A DNA stretch of 64,000 nucleotides, from the NCBI RefSeq assembly GCF_009914755.1, contig NC_060926.1, one strand, 5' to 3'. How positions within the stretch are numbered: position 1 is the stretch's first letter; each line of letters begins with the position of its first letter. The stretch comes from the human T2T-CHM13v2.0 reference genome, Homo sapiens. Below, one piece after another: positions 35,646 to 49,329 of the stretch. A program made the position numbers and the translations under genes. The notes under the pieces were generated by a model. It saw only the letters and a program-made list of their open reading frames with translations. It made no database searches and had not been told where the DNA came from.

Positions 35646-38600
35646 GAGAGAGAGAAACATTCATATAGACCAGTATATTTCATGTTTTCTTTTCCTTACT
35701 CTTTTTGAAATCACCTTCATTATTATGGTAAAATAAATGTAACATAAAATTTAACATCTTAAACTTCAACTCACTTTTAATGCACTCTTTTTTCATTAAC
35801 ACCTCAGGTCCTGCTTGAGAGTCTTGCTATAGGATGTCTGAAGGAAGACATGCAAATATCAGAGAAATTGGCTAGGCTAGAATTTTCTTTTAAAATATTT
35901 ACTAAAGCCTAATTTTACTTAACTTACACTATGCTGTCTTGAAAAACAGCTATTAATAAACTATTAGGAAATAGTAAGTTAATTCCAGAAAAGTTTTCTG
36001 ATGCTATTACTCAAGAACTAAAGGCAGAAAAATCCTACCTCTGCTGCTTAGAAGCTGTTACCTTGGGTATCTTACTTAATTCTGTGTGAATGATCTTCAT
36101 TTGCAAAATGAATAAAACAATTCTGCCAATCTCACAGGATTCTTAAAGAATAATTATTTGTAAAGCAACATAGAACAGTTAGTATATTCTATTGATATGT
36201 AAGGTTTTTTAAAGAAAAAAGTAAAATTATGCATCTTGGGGATATTTAACTAGGGTTCTCTGAATTTACTGAATTTGAATGCTGCCCTGTCTATCGAGGT
36301 GGGGAAAGTGCTCATGGAAGATACCCTGAAATACGTTTTCCATATTGGTTCCATTCTCCTCAGCACTTTCAGGTACACAAATCAATTGTAGATTCCCATG
36401 CTTTTTGGAGATTTTCTTCATTCCTTTTCATTCTTTCTTCTCTGTGCTTGTCTGCCTGACTTATTTCAGAGAGACAGTCTTTAAGCTCTGAGATTCTTTA
36501 ATCTGCCTGATCTATTCTGTTATTAATACTTGTGACTGCATTATGAAATTCTTATGGTGTGTTTTTCAGCTCTGTCAGGTTGGTTGCATTCTTCTCTATA
36601 CTGGCAATTTTGTCTGTTCGCTCCTGCAATGTTTTATCATGATATTTAGCTGCCTTGCATTTGGTTTCAAAGTACTCCTTTAGCTCAGTGAAGTTCGTTT
36701 TTATCCAAATTCTGAATTCTACTTGTGTCATTTCAGCCATCTCAGCCTCAGCCCAGTTCTGAACCCTTGCTGGAGAGGTGATACAGTCATTTGGAAGAAA
36801 GAGGGTACTCTGGCTTTTTGAGCTTTCAGTGTCTTGCACTGATTCTTTCTCATCTTTGTGGGCTTATCCACCTTCAATCCTTCAGATTGCTGACCTTTGG
36901 ATATTTTTTTTTATACAAATTGGCCACTTCTCCATATGGCTGCTGTGGTTTGCTGGGGGTTCATTTGCTCTAGTCCCTAGGCACCTCGAATTTTTGGGTA
37001 CCTGGAGGTATCAGCAGTGAAGGCTGAGAAACGCAAAGATAGCAGTCTTCCCCTTCCTCTAAGAGCTCTGTACCAGGGAGGTATGGACCTGTGGCCAGCC
37101 CAAATGCACCTGTAGGAGGCGACTGAAGACACTGTTGGGAGGTCTCACCTAGTCAGCAGAAATAGGATTGGGGACCTGCTAAAATAAGCAGTCTGGAAAT
37201 ACTTTCATAGAGGAATTGTGCTGTGCTGGGGTCCATTTCTGTGCCCAGTTGGCTTTGGTTCTCCAGGGTCGTAATGAAAAAGAAAAAATGTTAAGGACAG
37301 TGAGAAATAAAGGCCAGGTCACCTATAGAGGGAAGCCCATCAGACTAACAGTGAAACTCTCATTGGAAACCCTACAAGCCAGAAGAGGCTGGGGGGCCAA
37401 TATTCAACATTCTTAAAGACAACTCAAAATTTCATATCTGGCCAAACTAAGTGAAGGAGAAATAAGACCCTTTTCAGACTAGCAAATGCTGAGGGAATTC
37501 ATTATCACCAGACCTGCCTTGCAAGAGCTCCTGAAGGAAGCACTAAATATGGAAAGGAAAGAACATTACCAGCCACTGCAAAATACACTGAAGTACACAG
37601 ACCAGGTACACTATAAAGCAACCACATAAACAAGTCTGCAAATAACCAGCTAACATCATGAGGACAGGATCAAATCAACACATTATCAATACTAACCTTA
37701 AATGTAAATAGGCTAAATGCCCTAAATAAAAGACACAGAGTGGCAAGCTGGATAAAAGACTAAGACTTATTGGTATGGTGTCTTCAAGAGACCCATCTTA
37801 CATGCAGTGTCACACATAGGCTCAAAATAAAGGGATGGAGGAAAATCTACGAAGCAAATGAAAACCAGAAAAGAGCAGGGATTGCTATCCTACTTTCTGA
37901 CAAAACAGACTTTAAAACAACAAAGATTAAAAAAAAAAGACAAAGATGGGCATTACACAATAGTAAAGAGTATATTTTCACCCTTTATCATCTGGTTATT
38001 TTGCAGACTTGTTTATGTGGTTGCATTATAGTGTAACTGGTCTATGTACTTCAGTGTGTTTTGTAGTGGCTGGTAACGGTCTTTCCATATTTAGTGCTTC
38101 CATCAGGAGCTCTTGTAAGGCAGATAAGGTGGTAACAAATTCCCTCAGCCTTTGCTTGTCTGAAAAAGATCTTATTTCTCTTATTTCTATTCAATAAGAA
38201 GAACTAACTATAAAAATACAACACACCAGAAGCTCTGGGACATGGCTAAGGCAGTGTTAGGTGGGAAATTTATAGCATTAAATACCCATATCAAAAAGTT
38301 ACAAAGATCTCAATTTAAAAATCTAACATCACAACTAAAAGAACTAGAGAACCAAGAGCAAACAAATCCCAAAGCTAGCAGAAGACAAGGAAAAAACAAA
38401 ATCAGAGCTGAACTGAAAGAGATAGAGAACCAAAAAACCATTCAAAAGATCAACAAATAAAGAAACTTTTTTTGAAAAAAAAATACAATAGATAAACCTT
38501 TAACTAGAATAATAAAGAAGAAAAGAGAGAAGATTCAAATAAACACAATCAGAAACAATAAGGAGGATATTACCACTAAACCCGCAGAAATACAAATAAC

Positions 38601-40053
38601 CATCAGAGAATATTATAAACACCTCTATGCATATCAACTAGAATATCTAGAACTAATCGATAAGTTTCTGGACACATACACCCTCACAAGACTAAACCAG
38701 GAAGAAACTGAATCCCTGAACAGACCAATAATGAGTACTGAAATTGAGTACTACCACTTACCAACCACCCCCCGCCCAACAAAAAGAAAAGCCCAGGACC
38801 AGACAGATTCACAGCTGAATTCTACCAGATGTACAAAGAAGAGCATGTACCATTCCTACTGAAACTATTCCAAAAACTGAAAAGGAAAGACTCCTCCCTA
38901 ATGCAATCTATGAGGCCAGCCTCATCCTGATAGCAAAACCTGGCAGAGATAAAACAAAAAAAGAAAACTTCAGGCCAATATCATTGATGAACATTGATGC
39001 AAAAATCCTCAACAAAATACGGCAAATCAAATCGAGCAGCGCATCAAAAAGCTTATGCACCATGATCAAGTAGGCTTAATTCCCAGGACTCAAGGTTGGT
39101 TCAACATATGCAAATCAATAAATATGATTCATCACATAAACAGAACTAAAGAGAAAAACCACATGATTATCTCAATAGGTGCAAAAAAGGTTTATCAGAA
39201 AATTCAACATCCATTCATGTTAAAAACTCTCAATAAACTAGGTATTGAAGGAAGATACCTCAAAATAATAAGACCCATGTACGACAAACTCACAGCCAAC
39301 ATCACACTAAATGGGAAAAAGCTGAACACATTCCCCCCCGCAAAAAATGGCACAAGACAAGGATGCCCTCTCTCAAGACTCATATTCAACATGGTAATGG
39401 AAGTTCTGGCCAAGGAAATCAGGCAAGAGAAAGAAATAAAGGGCATTGAAATAGTCTGCAAACTATCCCTGTGGTTTCTAGATTCTATATCTAGAAAACC
39501 ACATTGTCTCAACCTGAAAGCTTCTTAAGCTGATAAACAACTTCAGCAAAGTTTCAGGATACAAAATCAATGTATAAAAATCACTAGCATTTCTATACAC
39601 CAACAACAGCCAAGCTGAAGCCAAATCAGGAATGCAGTCCCATTCACAGTTGAAACAAAAAGAATAAAATACCTAGGAATACAGCTAAGTAGGGAGGTAA
39701 AAGATCTCTGCAAGGAAAATTACAAACCACTGCTCAAAGAAATCAGAGAACACAAATACATTTTTAAAAAGTCCATGTTCATGGAAGGGAAGAATCAATA
39801 TTGTTAAAATGGCCATACTGCCCAAAGAAATTCATAAATTCAATGCTATTCCCATTAAACTGCCATTGACATTCTTCACAGAACTAGAAAAAACTATGTA
39901 AAAATTCATTATGAACCAAAAAAGAGCCTGAATAGCCAAGGCAATCCTAAGCAAAAAGAACAAAGCTGGCAGCATCATGCTACCAACTTCAAACTATACT
40001 ACACGGCTACAATAACCAAAACAGCATGATATAGATACAAGAAAAGACACATA

Positions 40054-40351
40054 GGCAGGGCGCGGTGCCTCACGCCTGTAATCCCAGCACTTTGGGAGGC
40101 TGAGGTGGGTGGGTCACTAGGTCAGGAGTTCGAGACCAGCCTGGCCAATATGATGAAACCCCATCTCTACTAAAAATACAAAAATTAGCCAGGCGTGGTG
40201 GCGCACCTGTAGTTCCAGCTACTCAGGAGGCTGAGGCAGAAGAATCACTTGAATCTGGGAGGCACAGGTTGCAGTGAGCCAAGATCGCGCCACTGCACTC
40301 CAGCCTGGGTGACAGAGCGAGATTCTGTCAAAAAAAAAAAAAAAAGAAAGA
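40054..40351 (+). mobile_element. AluSg-like SINE inserted in L1 ORF2
   Basis: Full dimer; TSD AAGAAAAGACAC(A/T)TA at 40039-40053 and 40352-40366. Confidence 0.92.
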
Positions 40352-40543
40352 AAGAAAAGACACTTAGAAAAATGAAACAGAACAGAGAACCCAGAAATAA
40401 GACCATACATGTACAACCATCTGATCTTTGACAAAGCTGACAAAAGCAAGCAATGGGGAAAGGGCTTCCTATTCAATAAATGATGCTGGGATAACTGGCT
40501 AGCCATATGCAGAAGACTGAAGCTGGACCCCTTTCTTACAACA

Positions 40544-42816
40544 TGTATTAGTTCATTTTCATGCTGCTGATAAAAACATACCTAAGACTGGATAATTTAT
40601 AAATAAAAAGAGGTTTAATAGACTTCCAGTTCCACATGGCTGGGGAGCCCTCACAATCATGGCAGAAGGCGAAAGGCATGTCTTACATACCGGCAGACAA
40701 GAGAGAATATGTGCAGGGGAACTCCCCTTTTTAAAAACATCATATCTCATGAGACTTATTCATTACCACGAGAACAGTGTGGGAAAGATCTGCCCCCATG
40801 ATTCAGTTACCTCCTACTGGGTCCCTCCCACGACATGTGGGAATTACAGGAGCTATAATTCAAGATGAGAGTTGGGTGGGGACACAGCCAAACCATATCA
40901 TTCTGCCCATAGGCCCTCCCAAATCTCATATCCTCACACTTCAAAACCAACCCTGCCTTCCCAACAGTCCCCCAAAGTCTTAACTCATTTCAGCATTAAC
41001 TCAAGAGTCCACAGTCCAAAGTCTCAATTGAGACAAGGCAAGTCCCTTCCACCTATGATCCTGTAAAATCAAAAGCAAGTTAGTTATTTCCTAGATACAA
41101 TGGGGGTATAGGCATTGGGTAAATACAGCCATTCCAAGTGGGAGAAACTGGCCAAAACAAAGGGGCTACAGGCCCCATGCAAGTCGAAATCCAGCAGGGC
41201 AGTCAAATCTTAAAGCTCGAAAATGATCTCCTTTGACTCCATGTCTCACATCCAGGTCATGCTGATGTAAGAGAGGATTCCCATTATCTTAGGCAGCTCT
41301 GCCCCTGTGGCTTTGCAGAGTACAGTGTCCCACCCAGCTGCTCTCACGGGCTGATATTGAGTGTCTTGTGGCTTTTCCAGCTGCACAGTGCAAGCTATAG
41401 GTGGATCTACCATTCTGGGGTCTGGAGGATGATGGCCCTCCTCTCACAGCTCCACTAGGTGATGCCCCAGTAGGGACTCTGTGTGGGGACTCCCAACCCA
41501 CATTTCCCTTCTGCACTGCCCTAGCAGAGGTTCTCCATGAGAGTTCTGCCCCTGCAGCAAACTTCTGCCTGGATATCCAGGCATTTCTATACATCCTCTG
41601 ATATCTAGGCAGAAGTTCCCAAACCTCAATTATTGACTTCTGTGCAACTGCAGCCTAAACACCACATAGAAACTGTCAAGACATGGGGCTTGCACCCTCC
41701 AAAGCCAGGGCCTGAGCTGTAGCTTGGCCAGTTTTATTCATGGCTGGAGTGGCTGGGATGCAGGGCACCAAGTCCTTAGACTTCACCACAGCACAGGGAC
41801 CTTGGGCCCAGCACATGAAACCATTTTCTCTTCCTAGGCCTCCAGGCCCATGATGGGAGGGGCTGCCATGAAAACCTCTGACATACCCTGGAGACATTTT
41901 TCCCATTGTCTTGGGGATTAACATAGGGATCCTCATTTCTAATGCAAATTTCTGCAGCTGGCTTGAATTTCTTCTCAGAAAATGGGATTTCCTATTCTAT
42001 TGCATTGTCAGGTTGCAAATTTTCCAAACTTTCATGCTCTGTATCCCTTTTAAAATGGAATGCTTTTAACAGCATCCAAGTCACTTCTTCAATGCTTTGC
42101 TTTGAAATTTCTTCAACCAGATACCCTAAATCATCTCTCTGAAGTTCAAAGTTCCACAAATCTCTAGGGCAGGGGTAAAATGCCACCAGTCTCTTTGCTA
42201 AAACATAACAAGAGTGACCATTGCTCCAGTTCCCAACAAGTTCCTCATCTCCATTTGAGACCACCTCAGCCTGAACCTTATTGTCCATATTGCTATCAGG
42301 CTTTTGATCAAAGCCATTCAACAAGTCTCTAGGCAGTTCCAAACTTTCCCACATTTTCCTGACTTCTGGGCCATCAAACTGTTCCAACCTCTGCCCATTA
42401 ACCAGTTCCAAAGTTGCTTCCACATTTTTGGAATGCAGCAGGGCCCCACTCTACTGGTACAAATTTACTGTATTGGTCTTTTTTCACACTCCTGATAAAG
42501 ACATACCCGAGACTAGAGAATTTACAAAAGAAAGAGATTTAATGGACATACAGTTCCACATGGCTGGGGAGGCCTCACAATCATGGTGAAAGGAAGAACA
42601 AGTCATATGTGGATAGTGGCAGGCAAAGAGAGAGAGAGCTTGTACGGCTAAACTCCCCTTTTTATAACCATCAGATCTCATGAGACTTATTCACTATCAC
42701 AAGAACAGCATGGGAAAGACCTGTCCCCATGTTCCAATTACCTCCCACTGGGTCCCTCCCACAACACATGGGAATTCAAGATGAGATTTGGGTGGGGACA
42801 CAGCCAAACCATATCA
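40544..42816 (-). mobile_element. THE1 (MaLR) provirus: LTR 40544-40900, internal 40901-42468, LTR 42469-42816
   Basis: Two ~350-bp LTRs (tgtatt...cagccaaaccatatca) around a ~1.57 kb THE1 internal sequence (ORF remnant MEATLELVNG...WESLELPRDLLNGFDQ); polypurine-tract-like junctions. Confidence 0.93.
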
Positions 42817-43278
42817 CAACCCCATTAAGAAGTGAGCAAAGGACATGAACACACACTTTTTAAAAGACACACATGTGGCCAACAAGCATATGTAAAAAAG
42901 TTCAATATTACTGATCATTAGAGAAATACAAATCAAAATCGCAAGGAGATACTATCTCACACCAGTCAGAATGACTATTATTAAAAAGTAAACAAAAATA
43001 ACAGAGGCTGGTGAGGTTTCAGAGGAAAGGGAACGCTTATACACTGTTTTGGGGAGTGTAAATTAGTTCAACTATTGTGGAAAGCAGTATGGCAATTTCT
43101 CAAAAAGCCAAAAGCAGAACTACCATTTGATCCAATAATCCCATTACTAGGTATATAACCAGGGGAATATAAATCATTTTGCCATAAAGACACATGCATG
43201 CAAATGTCCATTCACTATAGAAAAAACATTAAATCAACCTAAATGCACATCAATGACAGACTGGATAAAGAAAATGTA

Positions 43279-43407
43279 TGGGAGGCTGAGGCAGGAGAAT
43301 CACTTGAACCCAGGAGGTGGAGGCCGTGGTGAGCCAAGATCATGCCACTGCACTGCAGACTGGGCAACAAGAGCAATACTCTGTCTCAAAAAAAAAAAAA
43401 ATGAAAA
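43279..43407 (+). mobile_element. 5'-truncated Alu (right-arm part only) in the L1
   Basis: gggaggctgaggcaggagaatcacttgaacc...gtctc plus poly(A); AAAGAAAATGT / AAAGAAAAGGT duplication. Confidence 0.88.
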
Positions 43408-43836
43408 GAAAGAAAAGGTGGTATATACACACCATAGAATACTATGCAGGCATTAAAAAAGAATATCATGTCTTTTATGGGAACATGGATGGAGCTGAGG
43501 CTATTATCCTTACCAAACTAAAGCAGGAACAGAAAAACAAACACCCATGTTCTCACTTGTAAGTGGGAGATAAATGACAAGAACTCATGAACACAAAGAA
43601 TGGAACAACAGACACTGGGGTGTACTAGAGTGGGGAGAGTGGGAAGAAGGAGCAGAGCAGAAAAAATAACTACTGGGTACTAGGCTTAATACCTGGGTGA
43701 TGAAATAATCTGTACAACAAACCCCTGTGACACAAGTTTACCTACATAACAAACCTGCACATATACCCCCAAACTTAAAATAAACGTTTTTTAAAAAAGA
43801 AAATCCTGCTTCAAACTAACAGAATTTAAGAATGTT

Positions 43837-44140
<304 letters not shown>

Positions 44141-46122
44141 TCAAACATCCACCTATGTTGTATTCAACTCCTTTTACCACCTCTAAAAACCAAATTTATC
44201 TTTGGAAAAATGTTCCTCTTATAAAGTTCTTCATTATTTCTATTCCATTAAACTCTGAGCTAGTTACTTGAGGGAAGGACCATCTTTATTTCATTTTTGT
44301 ATCATTAAAACTTAACATAGTGCCTCACATATGATAGACACCTAAGAAATGTCTATTAAACTAAGATCTATCTCTCTGGAAGTACCTAGCAATTATCTTG
44401 TAATGAAATCAAATAAATCTATTTGATATACCTTCAAATATATGAAGGTAGTATGTTACCCAGAGTCTTCACACTTCTATACCAAAAAAACTCAAGTCGT
44501 TTAGTCACTCTCTTCTTTATGAGCTCCAGTATATTGACATCATTTCTAAATGCAGGGCCAGAATAAAACTCAATACATTAGGTGTGGCTAGACTAAAATA
44601 CAGCAGATACTGGACCACCATGGTGCTAATTTCAGAAAATGTATTTCTATTAATAATAATGCAACCTAAATTAACATAACCTGTTTTCAAAGCTGTATTT
44701 CACTAGTGACAATTTCTCTACACTCTCCAAACTTTGGTCATGGGATTTGATGCTAAGCTGTGTCTTTCCTTGTACTTGTACTTTGTACTTGCATAGATGA
44801 ATTGGGGGATCCAATTATGGTTATACTTATTATATGCAATCTTACTTGCATTAGTCCTCTCCTCTAAAATACCAATGCCACTGACATGGTAATAACCATT
44901 CATTGTCTCTCACCAGAAATATTAGAACATTTGCTAAATGATTTCTTGGCCATCATTCATACTATACTCTAATCCACTCATTAAACTGCAAAATGACTGC
45001 CCCTAAATGCAATTTAATCAGTAACTTCCCGTATTCATTTATGCTTCTTCACCATTTTCAGTAGAGTCCAATTTCCTTATGTGCCATTTAAGGCATTCAT
45101 GTTCAAGACACTATCTACGATACTAACTTCATATTCTACAATAGCCCAAAAAATATCCCCTTATATTCTAAAAGTTCCATGAATAATTTCATTCCCCTGT
45201 TTCTTTACATATACTATACCCTCTGCCTAGTGTTTTTTCCTTTCTCTTCTACCAGATGCCTACCATGCTACCAAACTGTTATATAATTTTTTGATCCTCT
45301 TCATCTTTTTGAAGAACATAATTGTCTGTCTCTAGCTAGAGAACACATCTCATTCTCTAAGTAAATGGTATTCAAGTTAGGTGATTAGGTAATTATTTCC
45401 AAAATCAACTTATAATATAGGTAATATCTTACAATGTGACAAACAATATATTTTCAATATTTGTCTGCTTCATATATTTTTATTTAAGCTATACTAAACA
45501 AGAATAACCTGGGGTAGAAAATTAAAGATATCTATTACCATTGTCTCCCAAGTAACAAAGAAATTTTACTGTGGAACACAGAATAAATGAACTAAATGTT
45601 AAGCCAGGCAACTAAAATAACAAGTTATATGTTATTTTATATGAAAGTAGAGTATAAGAATTAGCAAAAATGATTATATTTTGTACTACTAAAAAAAAAA
45701 CTCCCTTGGTTTGGAGCATCTGGTTAAATCAATAATATCTTCAAATGTAAATGGCCCAAAACTAAGTTCTCTATAAATACTGAGTTCAGAGTTGTGTTCA
45801 AACAACTAGACAGGAAACTAACCACAGATCATTTCACTTTAGTGTAAGCTTCTGCCCAGTTTTGGATGAGACACTATTACTGTCACTGTTGCATCTGGGA
45901 AGATGGCTAAGTCTTTTGGGCCGATAGAGAGTGTCATTAGCACTCTTTTATATATTCACAAGTTTAAAAAGAGTCGTATGAAATTCATAGCGCCAGACTG
46001 TGAAAAAAGACAAAAATAAAACAAGCCTATTGTTTCCCTTAAACTTAAGCCTAAAAGAAAAATATACCTCAGCTCATATTATAAAGCTTTTGGAAATCTC
46101 CAGCCAGAGCAATAAGCTCTAA

Positions 46123-46478
<356 letters not shown>

Positions 46479-48659
46479 AGCATTGTCAATTTTTTTTTTT
46501 TTTTGCATTGCAGTTATGCAATAATAAAATTATAATGAATTTTTAGAAATGATCCCTTCCAGTGAAATTATATAACCATACAGGACCAATATAAATATTT
46601 TCATAGATAAGAAAAATACAAAAATATAAGGTAAAAATTCCTCCAAATTCAGGCCTTGATCTAAAATTGTCTTCACTATAAGTTTAATGTCTAATATGCT
46701 TTTACAGTTATTATTTTGGATGACCTTTAAACATTATACTAAACAGATGTTGTGGCAAACTATATACCAAGTAATTCCTCCTATATGGTTCCAGCACATA
46801 CAGGCAGAAGCACAGGAATCTCTGGGTTGGAAGACTTAGAGTTCTAGTCTAATACTCTGTCCGACACATGGATTGCCTTTGCACCATCCCAGAGAATCAG
46901 CTATTCTCTGTCACAATGTTGTCCATGAATTAACTAGTTCATACTCTTATTTATCTCTGTCTAACTTCTACTTTGTAGAACAACTTATAACAGAAAGAGC
47001 AACTAGGTATTCAAATCTTACTCTAAATAAAATACAGCAAATTAATAAGGGTCAGGAACAACATTTATGGCCACCAGGTGTACATTCTTTTCTATCTATA
47101 ATAATTTGACAATCTCTCCTTTGGAGAAAATAATAAACAGACAAAATCAGTACTCAAGAAAACTGTGACAAGCTCCCCAGAATTCCCATACCCTATTTAT
47201 GTAGAGAGGTTAAAATGGCCTGCAAAGAGATCTTAAAGAAATAGAAAAAAAAATAGTAAAACTCTGGTATGTGGATATGATCACTTTGTCGGAGTGCTTC
47301 CCAGGTTTTCGGACTAAAAGCATTTAAGCCAAATATCTGTTCCAGCTCCATTAAATCAGAAACAGAGTGGCAAGTTTACTAAAGGGACCTGAAAGACAGA
47401 GGTCACATGACATAGAGGGTATAGACACATTAAAAGTTAATCTCACAACTATCACATTATTTTAAAAAGTAAAGGAATTAAAACAGTGAGAGAGTGTACT
47501 TGTTAACTAATATCAAAAGAGAGTCAATAAGACAAGTAGATATTCATGAGATACCCCTATGAAGATGTCATGGTTTGGTAGTTTTAGGTAGTGATGTTTT
47601 TTAATCAAAAGCAGATTAAAGTCCTATATTCCATAATTACAGGAATTCACTGAATCATGCAGAAGGCCACTGGAAGTTTCTCTTGACTTTCTACAGTTAG
47701 CATCAGTAAAATAATTGTGTTACATTCAGTGATCTTCCCTCAATAGCATAGAATAAGTATGATTAGGAATAGTCATAGTCATATCATTAGCAGTTGACTG
47801 GGGCCATAAACTAACATTAGAGCTAGACTAGGACTAGAATTTTTAAGCATTACTATTGAAGCCATAAACCTTATGCTCATTAGACTCATTCCCTGCGCTA
47901 CTCAAGGGAGCCAGGTTCCACCAGGAAGGTAAAAAGATAAACAAAAAACACTGGAAGGATCCCCATGGACAACTGCTGAAGGGAAGGGAAACCCTAAGGA
48001 AAGATCACAATTACTTGTACCCTAGGGAACCGATACCTCCTATTTCCTTTACCACCTGCAACGTAGCATATCAATGTGATTCTTTTAATAATCTCACTGT
48101 ATCTGTTTTACAATAGCAAAAATATAGATATTGTCAATATGGCACAAAGAATATTGTTTCAATGAAGAATCCTTAGATTTTACATACTTCCAGATGGAAT
48201 GCGTGCTCACAACTAGGAAAAATAGGCACAAAAGAAAATTAGCCTTACAAAAGGTTCATGTCAAACTTCTTGAGAGTATAGAGTTAGGGCCTGTTTGTCT
48301 GTTGAAAGACTGCTTCCCATTTTCAGATCTCTGTCACCTCCTAATCCTAAGATTATTTTTCAAAGGAGTTATCAAGATGAAGATTAAAGGCAACTTAAGT
48401 AAAAACAAAAAATAGTAGGCCAATAAAACAAAACACATAGACAAAAACATGAAATAAAACTTCCTTGTTTTGTTACCATCTTAGAACAGTTAAAGACGGT
48501 AAATCATTCAATTGCAGAAATCTATAAAGGCAATAAGATAATCCTACATGACATAAAAATAACAAGTGGATGTCCTTAACAGAAACACTTTAAAAAATAT
48601 GTAACATAATGCATTCAGGGATGTATTGCAGGGTAGAAAATTCACTTTTTGTCTTTGTG

Positions 48660-48661
<2 letters not shown>

Positions 48662-48700
<39 letters not shown>
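48662..48700. repeat. (TG)19 dinucleotide microsatellite
   Basis: Direct count. Confidence 0.97.
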
Positions 48701-48702
<2 letters not shown>

Positions 48703-49329
48703 CCCTAATCACTTTTTAAGAAGGTAGTTTTTCCTTAGGAAGAGAGTGGACTTCATCTATCACCAAGGAGCTAAAGACCAAGAAGCCTGCAACGGCTAAT
48801 TCAAAGACAGGGAGGTCCCGGGGGCAAGTACGTACTGTGATTTCCAACATTGTGTGTTATTTGTTTGGAGAAGTTCAAGCACTTACTGAAGTATATTAAA
48901 ATTGTGGCTATAGACTACCATGAAAGTATTACAGAAGAGTGGAATATACCACATTCCTGTTGCTCATTTAACTGTGAACTCCTCACCCCACAACATGTAC
49001 AATATATATGCTAAGGTATCCTGACACCAATTTGCAGGCTCAAATTTGTCCTCTTGTCAAAGAAGCAAAAATGTAGTTTAGACTGACCTCATCGCGATAT
49101 TCCAAGCAGTAATATTTTCTTCCTTTTGAACTTGGATTATTACCTTTACAGTGCACTCCCAACATCATTCTTAATGAAGTGGAATTATAAGAAATACATA
49201 TTTATAATAAAGAGCTGTGATCAAAATAGATGTCAGGTAAAGACAAATAGTCATCTGAGTTGGAGGACACTATTCCATGCATGATGTCCCTGTTAGACAT
49301 TCCAATCTCATCATAACATTGACTGGATA

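Larger units (their letters stand above)
36233..43798 (+). mobile_element. Old L1PA13-16-like LINE-1 with an inverted 5' part (36233-~37258, minus), internal deletions and nested insertions
   Basis: Antisense ORF1-N/5'UTR, then sense ORF1-C (KGQVTYRGKPIRLT), ORF2 pieces (GTRQGCPLS) and an old-type 3'UTR (gggtactaggcttaatacctgggtgatgaaataatctgtacaac). Confidence 0.88.
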
